64,000 nt of DNA from the human T2T-CHM13v2.0 reference genome, Homo sapiens, in the NCBI RefSeq assembly GCF_009914755.1, contig NC_060946.1; one strand, given 5' to 3'. The notes under the pieces are model-generated. The model did not search any database and was not told where the DNA came from. It worked only from the letters and a program-made list of their open reading frames with translations. Position 1 is the stretch's first letter, and the number at the start of each line of letters is the position of its first letter. Positions 62,578 through 64,000 of this stretch are shown one piece after another. The translations under genes and the position numbers were made by a program.

Positions 62578-63970
62578 TTGTATGTATGCTGTGAGGTGTG
62601 CGCAGGTGTATGTGTGTGATGTGTATGTATGGTGTGTGTATGTGGTCTGTGTGTGTAGTAGGTTCATGGGGTATGTATATGTGTGTGTAGTGTGTATTGT
62701 GGGTGTTATGTGTGTATACTGTGTGTAGTTTGTGGGTGGTGCATGGTGTGTATATGTGCTGTGTTTATGGTGTATGTGTGTGTGGTGGGTGTGTACTACA
62801 TGTGGTGTGTTGTGCGTGTGATATCTGTGTGTGCAGTTTGTGGTTTATGTGATGTGTGTGTGTATGGTGCTGGGTGTGTGTGTACTGTGTAGGGTTTGAT
62901 GTGTGATGAGTGTAGAATGTGTGGTGTGTGTGTGCACAGTATGTGTGGTGTGTATGTGATGTGTGTGCTCTGTGTGTGTGGTGCTATATATACGTGTGCA
63001 GTGTGGGGATTATGTGTGGGGCGTGTGTTTGATGTGTGTGGGGAGTATGGGGTGTGTGTGGTGCTGTATGTGTATGTTGTGTATGTAGTAGATTCGTGTG
63101 TGTGGTGTAGTGTGTGCAGTGTGTGGGGGGTATGCGTGTGTGCAAATTGTGCAATGTGTGGTGTGGGGATGTGTGTGCGTGTGCACATGGTGTGCGTGCA
63201 GTGTGTGTGGTGTCTGGGGTGTGTGTGTGCACATGGTGTGTGAGGGTGTATCAGAGGTGTGCGTGTGTGCACCTGGTGTGTGTGCAGTGTATGTGTGTGT
63301 GGTGGGGTGTGTGCATGTGCACATGGTGTGTGGTGTGTGTGATGTGTGGGGGTGTGTGTGCATGTATACATGGTGTGTGTGCAGTGTGTGATGTCTGTCG
63401 GGTGTGTGTGAGTGTGTACATGGTATGTGTGCAGTATGTGTGGTGTGTGGGGGTGTGTGCGTGTATGCGTGGTGTGCTGTGTGCAGTGTGTGTGGTGTCT
63501 GTGGTGTATGTGTGGGGCATGTGTGCTTGTGTACACGGTGTGTGTGGTGTGTGCATGTACACGGTGTGGCCTGTGCAGTGTGGTGGGGTGTGTGTGCGGT
63601 GTGTGGTGTCTGTGTGTGGGGTGTGTGTGCACATGGTGTGTGTGTGGTGTGTGTTGTCTGTGGGGTGTGTGCGTGTGCACATGGTGTGTGTGCAGTGTGG
63701 GGTGTGTATGCGTGCACATGGTGTGTGTGCAGTGTGTGTGGTGTGTTTGTGCACATGGTGTGTGTGCAGTGTGTGTGTGGTGTGTGCACATGGTGTGTGT
63801 GCAGTGTGTGGTGTCTGTGTGATGTGTGCGCATGTGCTCATGAGGTATGTGCAGTGTGTATGGTGTCTGGGTTGTGTGTGTGCATATGGTGTGGTGTGTG
63901 CAGTGGGTGTGGTGTTTGGGGTGTGTGTACAGTGTGTGCGGTGTCTGTGTGTGGGGTGTGTATGCGTGTG
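62578..63970. repeat. 1.4-kb degenerate TG-rich tract with recurring gtgcacatggtgtgtgtgcagtgtg motif
   Basis: Visible low complexity; source of the His/Thr and Cys/Val pseudo-ORFs. Confidence 0.95.
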
Positions 63971-64000
63971 TATGGGGAAAAGAAAGAGATCAGACTGTTA
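63971..64000 (+). mobile_element. 5' start of a HERV-K(HML-2) LTR (LTR5A/B-like), cut by the window edge
   Basis: tatggggaaaagaaagagatcagactgtta vs recalled LTR5A/B start TGTGGGGAAAAGAAAGAGAGATCAGACTGTTA; only 30 bp visible. Confidence 0.75.

Noticed and set aside
62501-63841. Long His/Thr-rich and Cys/Val-rich ORFs (up to 345 aa)
   Set aside because: Artefacts of a TG/CA low-complexity tract that lacks stop codons

Overview
Primate (very probably human) genomic DNA from a segmental duplication. The window carries a complete, unprocessed, 9-exon duplicate of FRG1 (FSHD region gene 1) on the + strand (~13960-38405). It keeps its CpG-island promoter but is a pseudogene: 1-nt deletion in exon 2, TGG>TAG in exon 5, 1-nt insertion in exon 8, 3-nt deletion in exon 6, and three splice dinucleotides apparently lost by G>A. 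About 4 kb downstream lies a single genomic exon of MLLT10/AF10 on the - strand (42194-42449) that the ORF track misses. The rest is mostly interspersed repeats: old and young L1s, many Alus including a near-pristine AluYa5-like copy, MaLR/MLT2/ERVL LTR elements, MER DNA transposons, a MADE1 hairpin and the first 30 bp of a HERV-K(HML-2) LTR5-type LTR at the window end. There are also a 75-bp x ~20 minisatellite, GA- and TG-rich tracts and many short local duplications. Nearly all ORF-track entries are repeat-derived or spurious. I found no convincing new biological system; the best second-look items are mechanistic footprints (twin-primed L1, templated insertions), candidate paralog-specific insertions, cryptic exons and miRNA-like hairpins. 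FRG1, AF10 and repeat consensus comparisons are from memory, so subfamily calls and repeat edges are approximate.
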